Assembly: GCA_963724295.1 (NCBI GenBank)
Contig: CAVRUC010000003.1
Coordinates: forward strand, 32,001 to 96,000
From: an uncultured Chloroflexia bacterium
Lineage (GTDB): Bacteria > Chloroflexota > Chloroflexia > Thermomicrobiales > UBA6265
Length of the DNA: 64,000 nt
Direction of reading: 5' to 3'
The notes under the pieces are model-generated. The model did no database searches. It saw nothing but the letters and a program-made list of their open reading frames with translations, and was not told the origin of the DNA. The stretch's first letter is position 1; each line of letters begins with the position of its first letter. Shown here piece by piece: positions 1-9,602 of the stretch. The translations under genes and the position numbers were made by a program.

Positions 1-837
1 TACCCACAGCACTTCCATGGAACGACCGAGGCCACGTTGGTCGAGGCGCTGGCCGAAACCGGGCTCGCATTGACGGCGCTGAGCCTCCGCTTCGAGGGGC
101 CGGACTTCGCCGACGGCGCGTTCACCAGCCCGCGCGCCGAGACCCGGGAGAGGGCAATTCGGCTGGCTCAGGACGCGGTGGAGGTGGCGGCCCGGCTAGG
201 GGCGCCGCACGTCGACCTCTGGATGGCGTACGACGGCTTCGACTACCCGTTCCAGGTCGACTACGACCGGCTCTGGGCCGGCGAGGTTGACGGCTTCCGG
301 CGCGTCGCCGCGCACGACCCGGCGATCCGCATCAGCGTCGAGTACAAGCCGATCGACCCGCGCCGCACTGCGCTGATCCGCGGCATGGGCGAGGCCCTTC
401 TCGCGGCTCGCGACGTTGGTCTGCCCAACTTCGGCGTCCAGATCGACTTCTGCCACAGCCTGATGGCCCGCGAGCAGCCCGCCCTGGCCGCCTCGCTGGC
501 CCTACGCGAAGGCCGCCTCTTCGGTGTCCACCTCAACGACGGCTACGGCCAGGCCGACGATGGACTGCTGGTCGGCAGCGTCCACCCCTGGCAGACCCTG
601 GAGCTGCTGGCGACGCTGCGCCGGTACGACTATCGAGGCACGATCTACTTCGACACCTTCCCCGTGCGCGAAGACCCGGCCGCCGAGAGCGCCGCCAACA
701 TCGCCCGCGTGCGAGCGTTGGAGGCGATCCTGGATCGTCTCGATACGGAGCGACTGACAGTGCTGCAGGCGTGCCACGACGCGATCGGGGTGCAGGCGCT
801 ACTGCACGAGGTCACCTTTGGCTGGGATGGGCACTGA
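1..837 (+). CDS. Xylose-isomerase-like TIM-barrel sugar isomerase (5' end outside window)
   Basis: Frame is open from base 1. Motifs GAFTSP, DLWMAYDGFDYPFQVDY, VEYKP, DFCH, HLND and YFDTFP fit the xylose/rhamnose isomerase metal-binding pattern. Confidence 0.8.
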   Translation, partial: YPQHFHGTTEATLVEALAETGLALTALSLRFEGPDFADGAFTSPRAETRERAIRLAQDAVEVAARLGAPHVDLWMAYDGFDYPFQVDYDRLWAGEVDGFRRVAAHDPAIRISVEYKPIDPRRTALIRGMGEALLAARDVGLPNFGVQIDFCHSLMAREQPALAASLALREGRLFGVHLNDGYGQADDGLLVGSVHPWQTLELLATLRRYDYRGTIYFDTFPVREDPAAESAANIARVRALEAILDRLDTERLTVLQACHDAIGVQALLHEVTFGWDGH

Positions 838-1801
838 GGCGCCGACAGGTGTGGTCGTGGTCGGCAGCGTCCACATGGACGTGGTCGCCACGGCCGACCG
901 TCTCCCCGGCAAGGGCGAGAGCGTCGTCGGCCACCGAGTGGCCCTTTCCCCCGGCGGGAAGGCCGGCAACCAGGCGGCGCAGGCCGCTCTCAACGAGGCC
1001 CGGACCTTCCTCATCGGCCGCGTCGGCCGCGATCTCTTCGGCGATCAGCTCCGCGCCGCGTTGGCACGCACAGGGGTCGACACGACCTACCTCACGGTCG
1101 ACTCCGAGGCGGCCACCGGGGTCAGCCCGGTCCTTACCGGCGCCGACGGCGAGTACGCATCGATCATCGTGCCCGGCGCCGGACAGCGTCTGGAACCGGA
1201 GGATGTCGACGCCGCCCGCGACGCGTTCGCCCGATCGGCGGTGCTCCTCCTCCAGCTGGAGATCCCGGTCCGGATCTCCGCCCACGCCGCCCAGCTCGCC
1301 CGATCGCTCGGACTCCGGGTGATCTTCAACGCCTCCCCCGCTCCCGCCGATGGCGCGGCGATCCCTGACGCATTGTGGTCGGCCGTAGACGTGCTGCTCG
1401 TCAACGGCGTCGAAGCGGAACGGCTGAGCGGAATGTCGATCCCCGACGTCCCCGGGGCCGTGGTCGCGAGCGAAGGTCTCCGTAGGCAGTTCGGGATACC
1501 GACCATAATCGTGACCCTCGGCGGGCACGGCGTCGTCGCGCTCGACGAACGCGGGGCACGCCACCTTCCCGCCTGGCCGGTTCCGGTCGTCGAGACGATC
1601 GGGGCGGGCGACGCATTCGCGGGCATCCTGGCCAGCGAGCTTGCCCGCGGTCGCCAGCTCGATGACGCCCTCCCACTCGCCAACGCCGCCGGAGCGCTAG
1701 CCGTGACACGCTCCGGGACCCACGACGCCTTGCCGACAGGCGCGCAAATCCATGCCTTTCTCAAGGAGCGTCAGGGCGCGGAGAGCGGTGATCGCCGGTG
1801 A
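827..1801 (+). CDS. rbsK: Ribokinase / PfkB-family sugar kinase
   Basis: GSVHMD, PGGKAGNQA, GRVGRDLFG, LLQLE, NGVEA and ETIGAGDAF PfkB signatures. ATG at 827 overlaps the upstream gene. Confidence 0.85.
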   Translation: MGTEAPTGVVVVGSVHMDVVATADRLPGKGESVVGHRVALSPGGKAGNQAAQAALNEARTFLIGRVGRDLFGDQLRAALARTGVDTTYLTVDSEAATGVSPVLTGADGEYASIIVPGAGQRLEPEDVDAARDAFARSAVLLLQLEIPVRISAHAAQLARSLGLRVIFNASPAPADGAAIPDALWSAVDVLLVNGVEAERLSGMSIPDVPGAVVASEGLRRQFGIPTIIVTLGGHGVVALDERGARHLPAWPVPVVETIGAGDAFAGILASELARGRQLDDALPLANAAGALAVTRSGTHDALPTGAQIHAFLKERQGAESGDRR

Positions 1802-1834
1802 GGTGATCGCGAATTGCTCGAAGCTGCCGTTAGT

Positions 1835-1859
1835 TGGTGCCGGGAGCGGGATTCGAACC
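1835..1859 (-). repeat. Displaced 3' fragment of tRNA-Leu (att site, direct repeat)
   Basis: 1836-1859 (ggtgccgggagcgggattcgaacc) is identical to 9601-9624. On the minus strand it reads GGTTCGAATCCCGCTCCCGGCACCA. Confidence 0.9.
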
Positions 1860-2243
1860 ACATCCAGAAACAATAGCGTCATGACGCGAAAAGCTCTCCT
1901 GGTTGCGGCACCATGGTCACGAAGTGGTCACGGGATTCTCACGTTGATCCTCCGACCCGGAGACCTTGCGGCGTTCGAGAGTTCCTCACTAATCTGTGGC
2001 ATGAGGCCTCTTCGGGGGCACCTCGCCTGCACTTGGGTATCGGAGCGAAGTAATCCAACCGATGGCCGAGACCAATGCCGCGCGTTGCAACCAACACTGA
2101 GTTCTGAGATAGTCGATTCGAATCTCACGTAGGTCCTCGGTTGCTTTTGGAGCCTTCGCGGCGGGTCTCTCTCCACGGCAATAGAGGGTGGCCGCAGCAC
2201 TTGAGCCGCGACAAATCCGAGTCCCGATGGATGGTTAATAAGA

Positions 2244-3500
2244 ATGGGTAGCTACGATCTCCGCTGTGCGCGTTGCGGTGTAGCGATCTCCGCTGCGGTC
2301 TTTCACCGCGTCTGTCCTACCTGCAGCGGAGAGCTTGCGTTCCACTATGACCTGAGCGACGTTCACCTCGATCGGAATCTGCCGGGGATCTGGCGGTTCA
2401 TCGATCTGCTGCCCATTGAGCATCCCGAGCAGGTCGTCTCACTCCAGGAAGGGAACACGCCCCTCATCCCATCGAATATGTCAGTCGCACTCGGCGTGCG
2501 GGCATTCTGGAAATGGGAAGGGGCCAATCCGACCGGGGCACAAAAGGACCGCGGGCTCGCGGTCGCCATCGCCAAAGGGCAAGCGTTCGGGTTTGAGGCG
2601 GCCATCATCGCCTCGACCGGTTCAGCGGGGCTCTCCTCGGCGGCCTACGCGGCGCGGGCCGGAATGAAGCACGCCGTTTTGGTCAGCCGCAAAGCCCTCA
2701 TCGCGCGGGTAATGCCCATGATCGCGCTCGGCTCGGCAGTATTCGAGGTCGATGGCACGATCGAGGATACCCTCGAGCTGTTAGCGGCCGCATGCGACAA
2801 CCTGGGAGCATATGAGACGACGACGTATCGCAAAGCGAATCCGTATCAAAGTGAGGGCGCCAAGACGCTTGGGTACGAGATCTTCCTGCAGCTCGGATCC
2901 GTGCCCGACTGGATCGTGGTCCCGGTTGGCGGAGGAGGAACCCTTGGCTCCATCTGGAGAGCGTTCGCGGATCTGCGCGCAATCGGTTTGACCGACCGCA
3001 TACCCCGGATGGTTGGCGTGCAACCGACCGACTATAACGCGCTCGAGATCGCAGAGCGGAAAGGCCTATCGACCGACGCCGAGCTGCGTCAGCTCTCTTG
3101 GTCTGACACCCCGCCGACGGTGCTTGTGAAACTCCAGCACACCTATCCCTACGACGGCGAGGAGGCGCTCACCGCCATCAGAGAGTCCGGTGGCAGTGTT
3201 TGCGTAGCAACGGATGACCAAGCCTTCGCCGCCCAACGGCGAATCGGGACGACGGATGGGATTTTTGCCGAACCGTCCTCGACCGTAGTCTTGACCGCCA
3301 TCGAAGACCTCGTCGCCTCCGGCCGTATCGAACCAGGACAATCCGTGGTCGGCGTACTCACCGGATCGGGGCATCGGGAGACTCATCTCCTGATTGAGCG
3401 CGGTGAGGCGACGGTCGAGACGATTAGCGCGGCCGACGGAGAGGCGAGACTGGCGCGCTTTCTCGGTGAGAAGCACTCTGAGGGCGAGGCCATCGCGTGA
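2244..3500 (+). CDS. Threonine-synthase-like fold-type II PLP enzyme
   Basis: N-terminal CxxC..CxxC ribbon, SLQEGNTPL, KWEGANPTGAQKDRG (PLP Lys), PVGGGG, FAEPSS and VLTGSG. Confidence 0.85.
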   Translation: MGSYDLRCARCGVAISAAVFHRVCPTCSGELAFHYDLSDVHLDRNLPGIWRFIDLLPIEHPEQVVSLQEGNTPLIPSNMSVALGVRAFWKWEGANPTGAQKDRGLAVAIAKGQAFGFEAAIIASTGSAGLSSAAYAARAGMKHAVLVSRKALIARVMPMIALGSAVFEVDGTIEDTLELLAAACDNLGAYETTTYRKANPYQSEGAKTLGYEIFLQLGSVPDWIVVPVGGGGTLGSIWRAFADLRAIGLTDRIPRMVGVQPTDYNALEIAERKGLSTDAELRQLSWSDTPPTVLVKLQHTYPYDGEEALTAIRESGGSVCVATDDQAFAAQRRIGTTDGIFAEPSSTVVLTAIEDLVASGRIEPGQSVVGVLTGSGHRETHLLIERGEATVETISAADGEARLARFLGEKHSEGEAIA

Positions 3501-4309
3501 TGGGATCACTCTGCGACGGCCAGGTCGCGATCGTCACTGGCGGCGGCAAGGGGATCGGCCGCGCCATTGCCATGCGGCTCGCCCAGGAAGGTGCCGCGGT
3601 TGCGATCTGCGGTCGCGAGGCTAGCGCAATTGAAGCCACGGTGGTGGACATGACCGAGACGGGTGTGCTTGCGTTCGGGAGGACGCTCGATGTCGCGGAC
3701 TACATCGCCGTGGACGCGTTCGTCGCTGAGACGCAAGCGATGTTTGGCAGCGTCAACATCCTGGTCAACAACGCTGCGCTGACTGCAATGAGCAATATCG
3801 GCTTCGCGCCCGTTCCCGATCTAGCGGTTGACGAATGGCGCCGGGTCGTGGACGTCAACCTCTCCGGCGCCTACTACGCGTCGCGGGCTGCCGGACAGAT
3901 CATGCGCGAGCAGCAGTCGGGAAACATCATCACCGTCTCTTCCGTCCATGCGCATGTGCCGAACGCGCTCACACCGCATTACGATGCGACGAAGGCTGGA
4001 CTCGAGGCTCTTACTCGCAGTCTAGCGCTCTACTTCGGGCGGTTCGGCGTCCGGGTGAACGCCGTCGCCCCTGGACCCATCGTCGAGGAGGGGTCGGATA
4101 GCGCTCAGAACCCTTACTCTCCTGACGCACGGGAGAGCCAGCGGCGGTCAACGGCGCTCGGGCGCTTCGGCCGGCCGGCGGAAGTGGCGGCTGTCGTCGC
4201 CTTTCTCGCCTCCAATGAGGCAAGCTACATTACCGGGAGCACGCTGCTCGTCGATGGAGGATTCCTGCTCCGCCATGAGGGGATGTCGGATGGATCGGAT
4301 ATTGGATAG
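3497..4309 (+). CDS. Short-chain dehydrogenase/reductase (SDR)
   Basis: TGGGKGIG, NNAA, YDATK (YxxxK), VNAVAPG and ITGSTLLVDGG. Confidence 0.9.
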   Translation: MMGSLCDGQVAIVTGGGKGIGRAIAMRLAQEGAAVAICGREASAIEATVVDMTETGVLAFGRTLDVADYIAVDAFVAETQAMFGSVNILVNNAALTAMSNIGFAPVPDLAVDEWRRVVDVNLSGAYYASRAAGQIMREQQSGNIITVSSVHAHVPNALTPHYDATKAGLEALTRSLALYFGRFGVRVNAVAPGPIVEEGSDSAQNPYSPDARESQRRSTALGRFGRPAEVAAVVAFLASNEASYITGSTLLVDGGFLLRHEGMSDGSDIG

Positions 4310-4401
4310 CGGGCCCAGCCGGAGAAATGCCTATCGTGGACAATGACGGTACGGCGATCGACTTTGAGCGCCGTTCGGGGACTCACAAAGGAGGAACTCC
4401 C

Positions 4402-5721
4402 GTGGACAAAGCCAGCAGGATGATCACATCGAAGATCTCTCGCCGGAAGCTGATGCAAACTGGTGGCGTCGTGGCCGGGACCGCTGCCGCAACAGGCACG
4501 TTGCGCTCGACATTCGCCGCACCGAATTTCGCGCCGCGGCGGTTCCAGGGCGAGAAGCTCACCGTCCTCTACATGCAGTCGGGCACCTATGACGAAGCGG
4601 CGCGGCTGATCGCACCGGAGTTCGAGGAGGCCACCGGAGCCACGGTTGAAGTCGTGGCCTTCCCATATCAGAACCTGCACGACAACGCCGCGAATGATCT
4701 GGTGACGCAGACCGGCGCGTATGACGTCATCGACGTGGCGGGGCAGTGGGACGGAGAGTTCGCTCCCTACCTAGTGCCGCTCGATGAATACGTCGAACGG
4801 GATGGCATCAGTGGAGACGATTTCATCCCCAATATCTGGCAACTGAATGGTCTCTGGGAAGGCAACCGGAATGGGATTCCCAACGCGAACGACGCCAGAG
4901 GCATCATCTATCTCACCGACCTCTACGAAGATGCGGGAGTCAGCATCCCCGAGTCCTGGGAGCAATACAACGAAAACGCCGCGGCGCTGACCGGCGATGG
5001 CATCTATGGCGCGTCCTGGACCGGTCTCGGTGAGCAGCTGCAAGGTTCGTGGCTGAGCCGCTACTGGGAGTCTGGCCAACCGCTCTGCGAAGAAGATTGG
5101 CGCCCCGCTTTCGTCAATGAAGCTGGTGTCAACGCGATCGAGCTGCTTCGCGACGCTCTGCCGTATGCTCCCGAGGGGATGCCAGGGTGGGACATCCCGA
5201 CGCACATGAACGCCGTGCTATCAGGTGAGTTGGCGCAGTCCGAGGTGTGGCCATCGTTCATCCGGGCGGATGCCCGGGACCCATCGAAATCCAAAATCGT
5301 CGACAGGTGGGCGCTCACGCCGTTCCCTGGTCCTTCCGAGCTGAGTCTTTGGAATCTTGCCATTCCCCAGACCTCGCCACGACAAGATCTCGCCTGGGAA
5401 TGGATCAAGATGTACACGACCCCGGAGAACGCTAAGCGGTTCGCGCTCGAGTTCGGCGTTGGGTCACCCCAGCTCGCGACCTGGTCCGATCCCGAGCTCG
5501 TCGAGCGCTACCCTGAGTACCCGCAAATTCTGGCGGCGATCGAGAACGGGAAGCCGATCTGGCGGATCCCGCAATTCCCGGCCGCCTGGGACGTGCTAAT
5601 GAAGGAGCTGGAGAAAACGGTCTACCAGGGCGCGGATCCAATGGCGACCCTGCAGACCATTGCCGACGAATGGAACCGGCTGCTTGACCAGGACCCGCCG
5701 ACGGCGCCGTACGTCGAATAG
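4402..5721 (+). CDS. Carbohydrate ABC transporter substrate-binding protein with Tat signal
   Basis: GGAGG RBS then GTG at 4402. SRRKLM twin-arginine motif and CUT1-type SBP features. Followed by two permeases and an ATPase. Confidence 0.85.
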   Translation: MDKASRMITSKISRRKLMQTGGVVAGTAAATGTLRSTFAAPNFAPRRFQGEKLTVLYMQSGTYDEAARLIAPEFEEATGATVEVVAFPYQNLHDNAANDLVTQTGAYDVIDVAGQWDGEFAPYLVPLDEYVERDGISGDDFIPNIWQLNGLWEGNRNGIPNANDARGIIYLTDLYEDAGVSIPESWEQYNENAAALTGDGIYGASWTGLGEQLQGSWLSRYWESGQPLCEEDWRPAFVNEAGVNAIELLRDALPYAPEGMPGWDIPTHMNAVLSGELAQSEVWPSFIRADARDPSKSKIVDRWALTPFPGPSELSLWNLAIPQTSPRQDLAWEWIKMYTTPENAKRFALEFGVGSPQLATWSDPELVERYPEYPQILAAIENGKPIWRIPQFPAAWDVLMKELEKTVYQGADPMATLQTIADEWNRLLDQDPPTAPYVE

Positions 5722-5738
5722 CAGCATCATGACGATGG

Positions 5739-5773
5739 CCCCGGGGCGGAAGCGCGCTTCCGCCCCGGGGTTT
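5739..5773 (+). terminator. Perfect 32-bp palindrome after the SBP gene (stabilising stem-loop or partial terminator)
   Basis: ccccggggcggaagcg|cgcttccgccccgggg followed by ttt. Confidence 0.65.
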
Positions 5774-5883
5774 CAGCCGGTCAGGCGTGCACTCGTTGTC
5801 TAGATCGGGGTTCGACACGACGTTGCATCACGTTGGTCCTGCCGAGCCTGGTTCCGCTAACGCATCAGGCGGAGGATGATCTC

Positions 5884-6801
5884 TTGGCAGTCGTCACGGC
5901 TCCGGCGGGACGCGGACGCAAATCGGCGCGCTGGAGCGAGTCGCCCATCTTCGTGCTATTCCTGCTGCCTGCCGTCATCTTTCTGGCCTTCACCAGCGTC
6001 TACCCATTGGTGCGGACCTTCTGGCTGAGCTTCCACAGCTGGTTCATGAACAAGCCGAACACCAATCCGCAATGGGTGGGGCTTGGCGGGTATCAAGCCA
6101 CCCTGGCCGATGAGGTCTTCCGCACGTCCGCCCTCAACACCGCCGTGTTTGGCGTGGGGACGGTTGCGGTGGAACTCCTGCTGGGGTTGGCACTTGCCCT
6201 CGCCTTGACGAGTGGCGGTGGAGGGATCAGGGTCGCGCGGTCAATCCTGCTGGTGCCGATGATCATGACCCCGGTGGTGGTCGGGGTGCTCTGGCGCATC
6301 CTGCTCTTCGACAGAGGGCTGGTCAACCACCTTTTGTCGTTAGTCGGGTTAGGTCCGGTGTACTGGTTCGTCGAGCCGTTCTGGGCGTTCGCTGGAGTGA
6401 TGCTGGTCGACATCTGGCAGTGGACGCCATTCGTGATGATCGTCCTCACCGCCGCGCTGGCCTCGTTGCCGGGAGAGCCGTTCCGGGCGGCCCAGATCGA
6501 TGGCGCCTCACGGTGGCAGATCTTTCGCTATATCACGCTGCCGATGCTGATGCCGGTCCTGTTGGTCACCGCGCTGCTGCGATTCATGGATGCGATCAAG
6601 GTCTTCGACACGATCTATGTCCTCACCAGCGGTGGGCCGGGATACTCGACCGAGATGCTTTCCTCCTATATCTACAAGCAGGGGGTGCGCTACTTCAACA
6701 TTGGAGGCGCTGCTGCCGCATCATGGATGTTTCTTCTAGTGATCGTAGCGATCTCGATCATCATGGTCCGCCTACGGGCGCGGGCAGGGCGAGGGGAATG
6801 A
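5884..6801 (+). CDS. Carbohydrate ABC transporter permease (MalF/UgpA-like)
   Basis: Multiple TM segments, DIWQWTPF and an EAA-like loop AAQIDGASRWQIFRYITLP. TTG start after GGAGG. Confidence 0.9.
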   Translation: MAVVTAPAGRGRKSARWSESPIFVLFLLPAVIFLAFTSVYPLVRTFWLSFHSWFMNKPNTNPQWVGLGGYQATLADEVFRTSALNTAVFGVGTVAVELLLGLALALALTSGGGGIRVARSILLVPMIMTPVVVGVLWRILLFDRGLVNHLLSLVGLGPVYWFVEPFWAFAGVMLVDIWQWTPFVMIVLTAALASLPGEPFRAAQIDGASRWQIFRYITLPMLMPVLLVTALLRFMDAIKVFDTIYVLTSGGPGYSTEMLSSYIYKQGVRYFNIGGAAAASWMFLLVIVAISIIMVRLRARAGRGE

Positions 6802-6865
6802 AGGGGCGTCCGATCAGAGCGGGAACGTGCCGGATTCCGTCCGCGATCGGGCAGGATTGAACCGG

Positions 6866-7768
6866 ATGTCAGCAACCACGCTCACCCGCTCGTCGCCACG
6901 AACATCTGGATCTCCCCTCGCCCACAAGCGAGCCAGATACTCGGGGCTTGGCTGGGCGTTGCTGCGATGGGCGACGATCGGGCTGGCCTTAGCCGTCACG
7001 GTGGTGCCCTTTTTCTGGCTGGTGACGACCTCGTTCAAGCGGCAGGTCGATTACCTGGCCTACCCGCCGCAAATCATCCCGCCTGCCTGGACGCTGGAGG
7101 GGTATCGCGTGCTGTTCGAGCAGCAGGATCTGGGGCACTTCTTCGCGAACTCGGTGATCATCACACTTACGTCGACCGCGCTCGCCGTCTTTATTGGGTC
7201 CCTTGCCGCTTACAGCCTGGCCCGGGCGCGCTTTCCGTTCAAATTGAACGGCATCCTCGCCTTCTGGATGCTACTGACGCGCATGTACCCGGCTATCGCG
7301 ACGGCTATTCCCTACTTCCTGATCATGCGCGATCTGCGCCTTCTCGACACCCGGCCGGCGCTTATTGTGACCTACACGGCGTTCAACCTCCCGTTCGTCA
7401 TCTGGTTGTTGATCGGTTTCTACGAGGAACTCCCCGCTGAGCTGGAGCGCGCCGCAATGATCGATGGCTGCGGTGCCTGGCAGCGGTTCTGGAAAATCGT
7501 GCTCCCGCTGTCGGCGCCTGCGCTCGTCGCCACAGCCATCCTCTCCGCGATCCTGGCTTGGAACGAGTTTCTCTTCGCGGTGATGCTTACCCGAACCAAC
7601 GCCAAGACGTTGCCGGTGGTGATGTCGGGCTTCATTACCGACAAGGGGACGCAATGGGACCAGATGACCGCACTTGGCGTGATCACCGTCCTGCCAGTGC
7701 TCATCTTTGCACTCGTCGTGCAGCGATACCTGGTCCGGGGTCTGACCCTCGGAGCGGTGAAGGAGTGA
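6866..7768 (+). CDS. Carbohydrate ABC transporter permease (MalG/UgpE-like)
   Basis: ELERAAMIDGC EAA loop, WNEFLFA and C-terminal GLTLGAVKE. Confidence 0.9.
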   Translation: MSATTLTRSSPRTSGSPLAHKRARYSGLGWALLRWATIGLALAVTVVPFFWLVTTSFKRQVDYLAYPPQIIPPAWTLEGYRVLFEQQDLGHFFANSVIITLTSTALAVFIGSLAAYSLARARFPFKLNGILAFWMLLTRMYPAIATAIPYFLIMRDLRLLDTRPALIVTYTAFNLPFVIWLLIGFYEELPAELERAAMIDGCGAWQRFWKIVLPLSAPALVATAILSAILAWNEFLFAVMLTRTNAKTLPVVMSGFITDKGTQWDQMTALGVITVLPVLIFALVVQRYLVRGLTLGAVKE

Positions 7769-7833
7769 GGTCGATCCGGATCCTCTTGTTAGCCGGCAGT
7801 CGATACGGGTCGTGGCAGATTGAGGGCTGACTC

Positions 7834-8919
7834 TTGGCATCGGTGCGATTTGAGGGCGTAACCAAGCGCTACGGGAAAGTTGAGGCTGTGAAGGACCTCA
7901 ACCTCGAAATCCCTGACGGACAGTTCATGACCCTGGTGGGGCCGTCAGGTTGCGGCAAAAGCACGACGCTCAATATGCTCGCCGGTCTCGATGACGTAAC
8001 CGAGGGGGAGATCTACATTGATGACGAGGAAGTCAGTGGACTCCCGCCGGGCGAACGCGACATCGCCATGGTCTTCCAAAGCTACGCGCTCTATCCCCAC
8101 ATGAGCGTTCGCGACAATCTGGCTTTCGCCCTGAGGGTGCGCCACGAACCCAAAGACGCGGTTGAGCAGAAGGTCGCACGAGCGGCGAGGCTGCTTGGGA
8201 TCGAAGAGTTGCTTGATCGCAAGCCGCGGCAACTCTCCGGCGGGCAGCGGCAGCGGGTGGCGCTAGGCCGCGCGCTTGTGCGCGAACCGCGGCTTTTTCT
8301 CCTAGACGAACCCCTCTCGAATCTCGACGCCAAGCTTCGGGTCCAGATGCGAGCGGAGCTGAAGCTGCTCTTTGACCGACTCGAGACGACCGTTGTGTAT
8401 GTGACGCACGATCAAGCGGAAGCAATGACGATGTCTGACCGGGTGGCGATCTTCGACAAGGGCGTTGTTCAGCAGGTCGGGACGCCGCTTGAACTCTACG
8501 AGAAACCGACCAACGCGTTCGTTGCGGGTTTTCTTGGCTCCCCGCCTATGAACTTTTTGGAAGCCGAGATTGCAGACGGTCGACTTCACGGCAGTGGATT
8601 CTCGTTTGCCTTGCCAGAATGGGCTGGAAGCGTTGAGCGCGGCACGCCTGTGGTCCTTGGCATTCGCCCCGAGGACTTTACTTTGTCTGAAGAACCTGGT
8701 CACACCGCCGTTTTGATCACGCTCGTCGAACCTATGGGATCGTCGACGATCGTGTACACGGAACTCGGTGAAAAGCTCGTCGCTATCGAAACTGGCAAGG
8801 ACACCAGATTGAGCGTCGGGTCGACTGTGTCGCTTAATATCGATCCGAAACGGCTTCATCTCTTCGATACGTCGACTGGACAATCTCTGGCCTCCGCGCA
8901 ATACAGAGTTTTGAGCTAA
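7834..8919 (+). CDS. Carbohydrate ABC transporter ATP-binding protein (MalK/UgpC-like)
   Basis: Walker A GPSGCGKS, LSGGQRQR signature, LLDEPLSNLD, VTHDQ and a C-terminal TOBE-like region. Confidence 0.95.
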   Translation: MASVRFEGVTKRYGKVEAVKDLNLEIPDGQFMTLVGPSGCGKSTTLNMLAGLDDVTEGEIYIDDEEVSGLPPGERDIAMVFQSYALYPHMSVRDNLAFALRVRHEPKDAVEQKVARAARLLGIEELLDRKPRQLSGGQRQRVALGRALVREPRLFLLDEPLSNLDAKLRVQMRAELKLLFDRLETTVVYVTHDQAEAMTMSDRVAIFDKGVVQQVGTPLELYEKPTNAFVAGFLGSPPMNFLEAEIADGRLHGSGFSFALPEWAGSVERGTPVVLGIRPEDFTLSEEPGHTAVLITLVEPMGSSTIVYTELGEKLVAIETGKDTRLSVGSTVSLNIDPKRLHLFDTSTGQSLASAQYRVLS

Positions 8920-9250
8920 CGCTGTCACAACTTTGTCACGAACGTGGCGTCACTTGCCTGCATTACCCAACACAAGTTGGACCTATCCTTGGACGTTTCT
9001 CGCACCAGATCGCACAGAATGGGATTGACCGGCTTGCGCCGGGATGGAACTCTTGGAGTCCCTCTCCCGGTACCAGACGACACCTAACGGCACCAACTGA
9101 CACGAACGAGTCCTTCACGGTACGAGCCAACACTGCTGTTGGGTTTGGACAGCGTTGCGAGAGGGATTCGAACCACAGACCAAGAATCCGGCGTGATTCC
9201 GGCTGATTCTGGCTGGATGAGGTCCGGTTGATCACGAAATGGTAACCGCG

Positions 9251-9547
9251 TTAGGCCGTGCCGGTAGGTTCCTCCAATATGGCGTCAAAGTGCGCCGCCG
9301 CCCGCTGTTGCATATCGGCCGACACGTGAGAGTACCGGTCAAGCGTCTCACTGATCGAGGCATGCCCGAGACGCTCCTGCACCACCTTCGGATGCACGCC
9401 ACTGGCGAGCAGGAGTGTCGCACTGGTGTGCCGCAGGTCGTGAAAGCGGATACGGGGTACTCCTGCCCGCTCGATGAGCGTCGCGTACTCCCGGGTGCGG
9501 GTATTGGGATGGATCGACGTGCCGTTGGCCGTGGTGAACACCAAGAC
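9251..9547 (-). pseudogene. C-terminal remnant of a tyrosine integrase
   Basis: LVFTTANG...RFHDLRHTSATLLL...QERLGHASISETLDRYSH contains HxxR, H and Y. Only ~100 aa remain; the N-terminal domains are absent. Lies immediately 3' of the tRNA. Confidence 0.85.
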
Positions 9548-9602
9548 AAAACTGCGAAATGACGCGGGTTCCTGGATGGTGGCAGACGGATAGAACCTTC
9601 GG

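Noticed and set aside
1835..1862. Possible second tRNA gene
   Set aside because: Only the T-arm 3' half and acceptor 3' strand are present, with no anticodon or D arm. It is an att duplicate.
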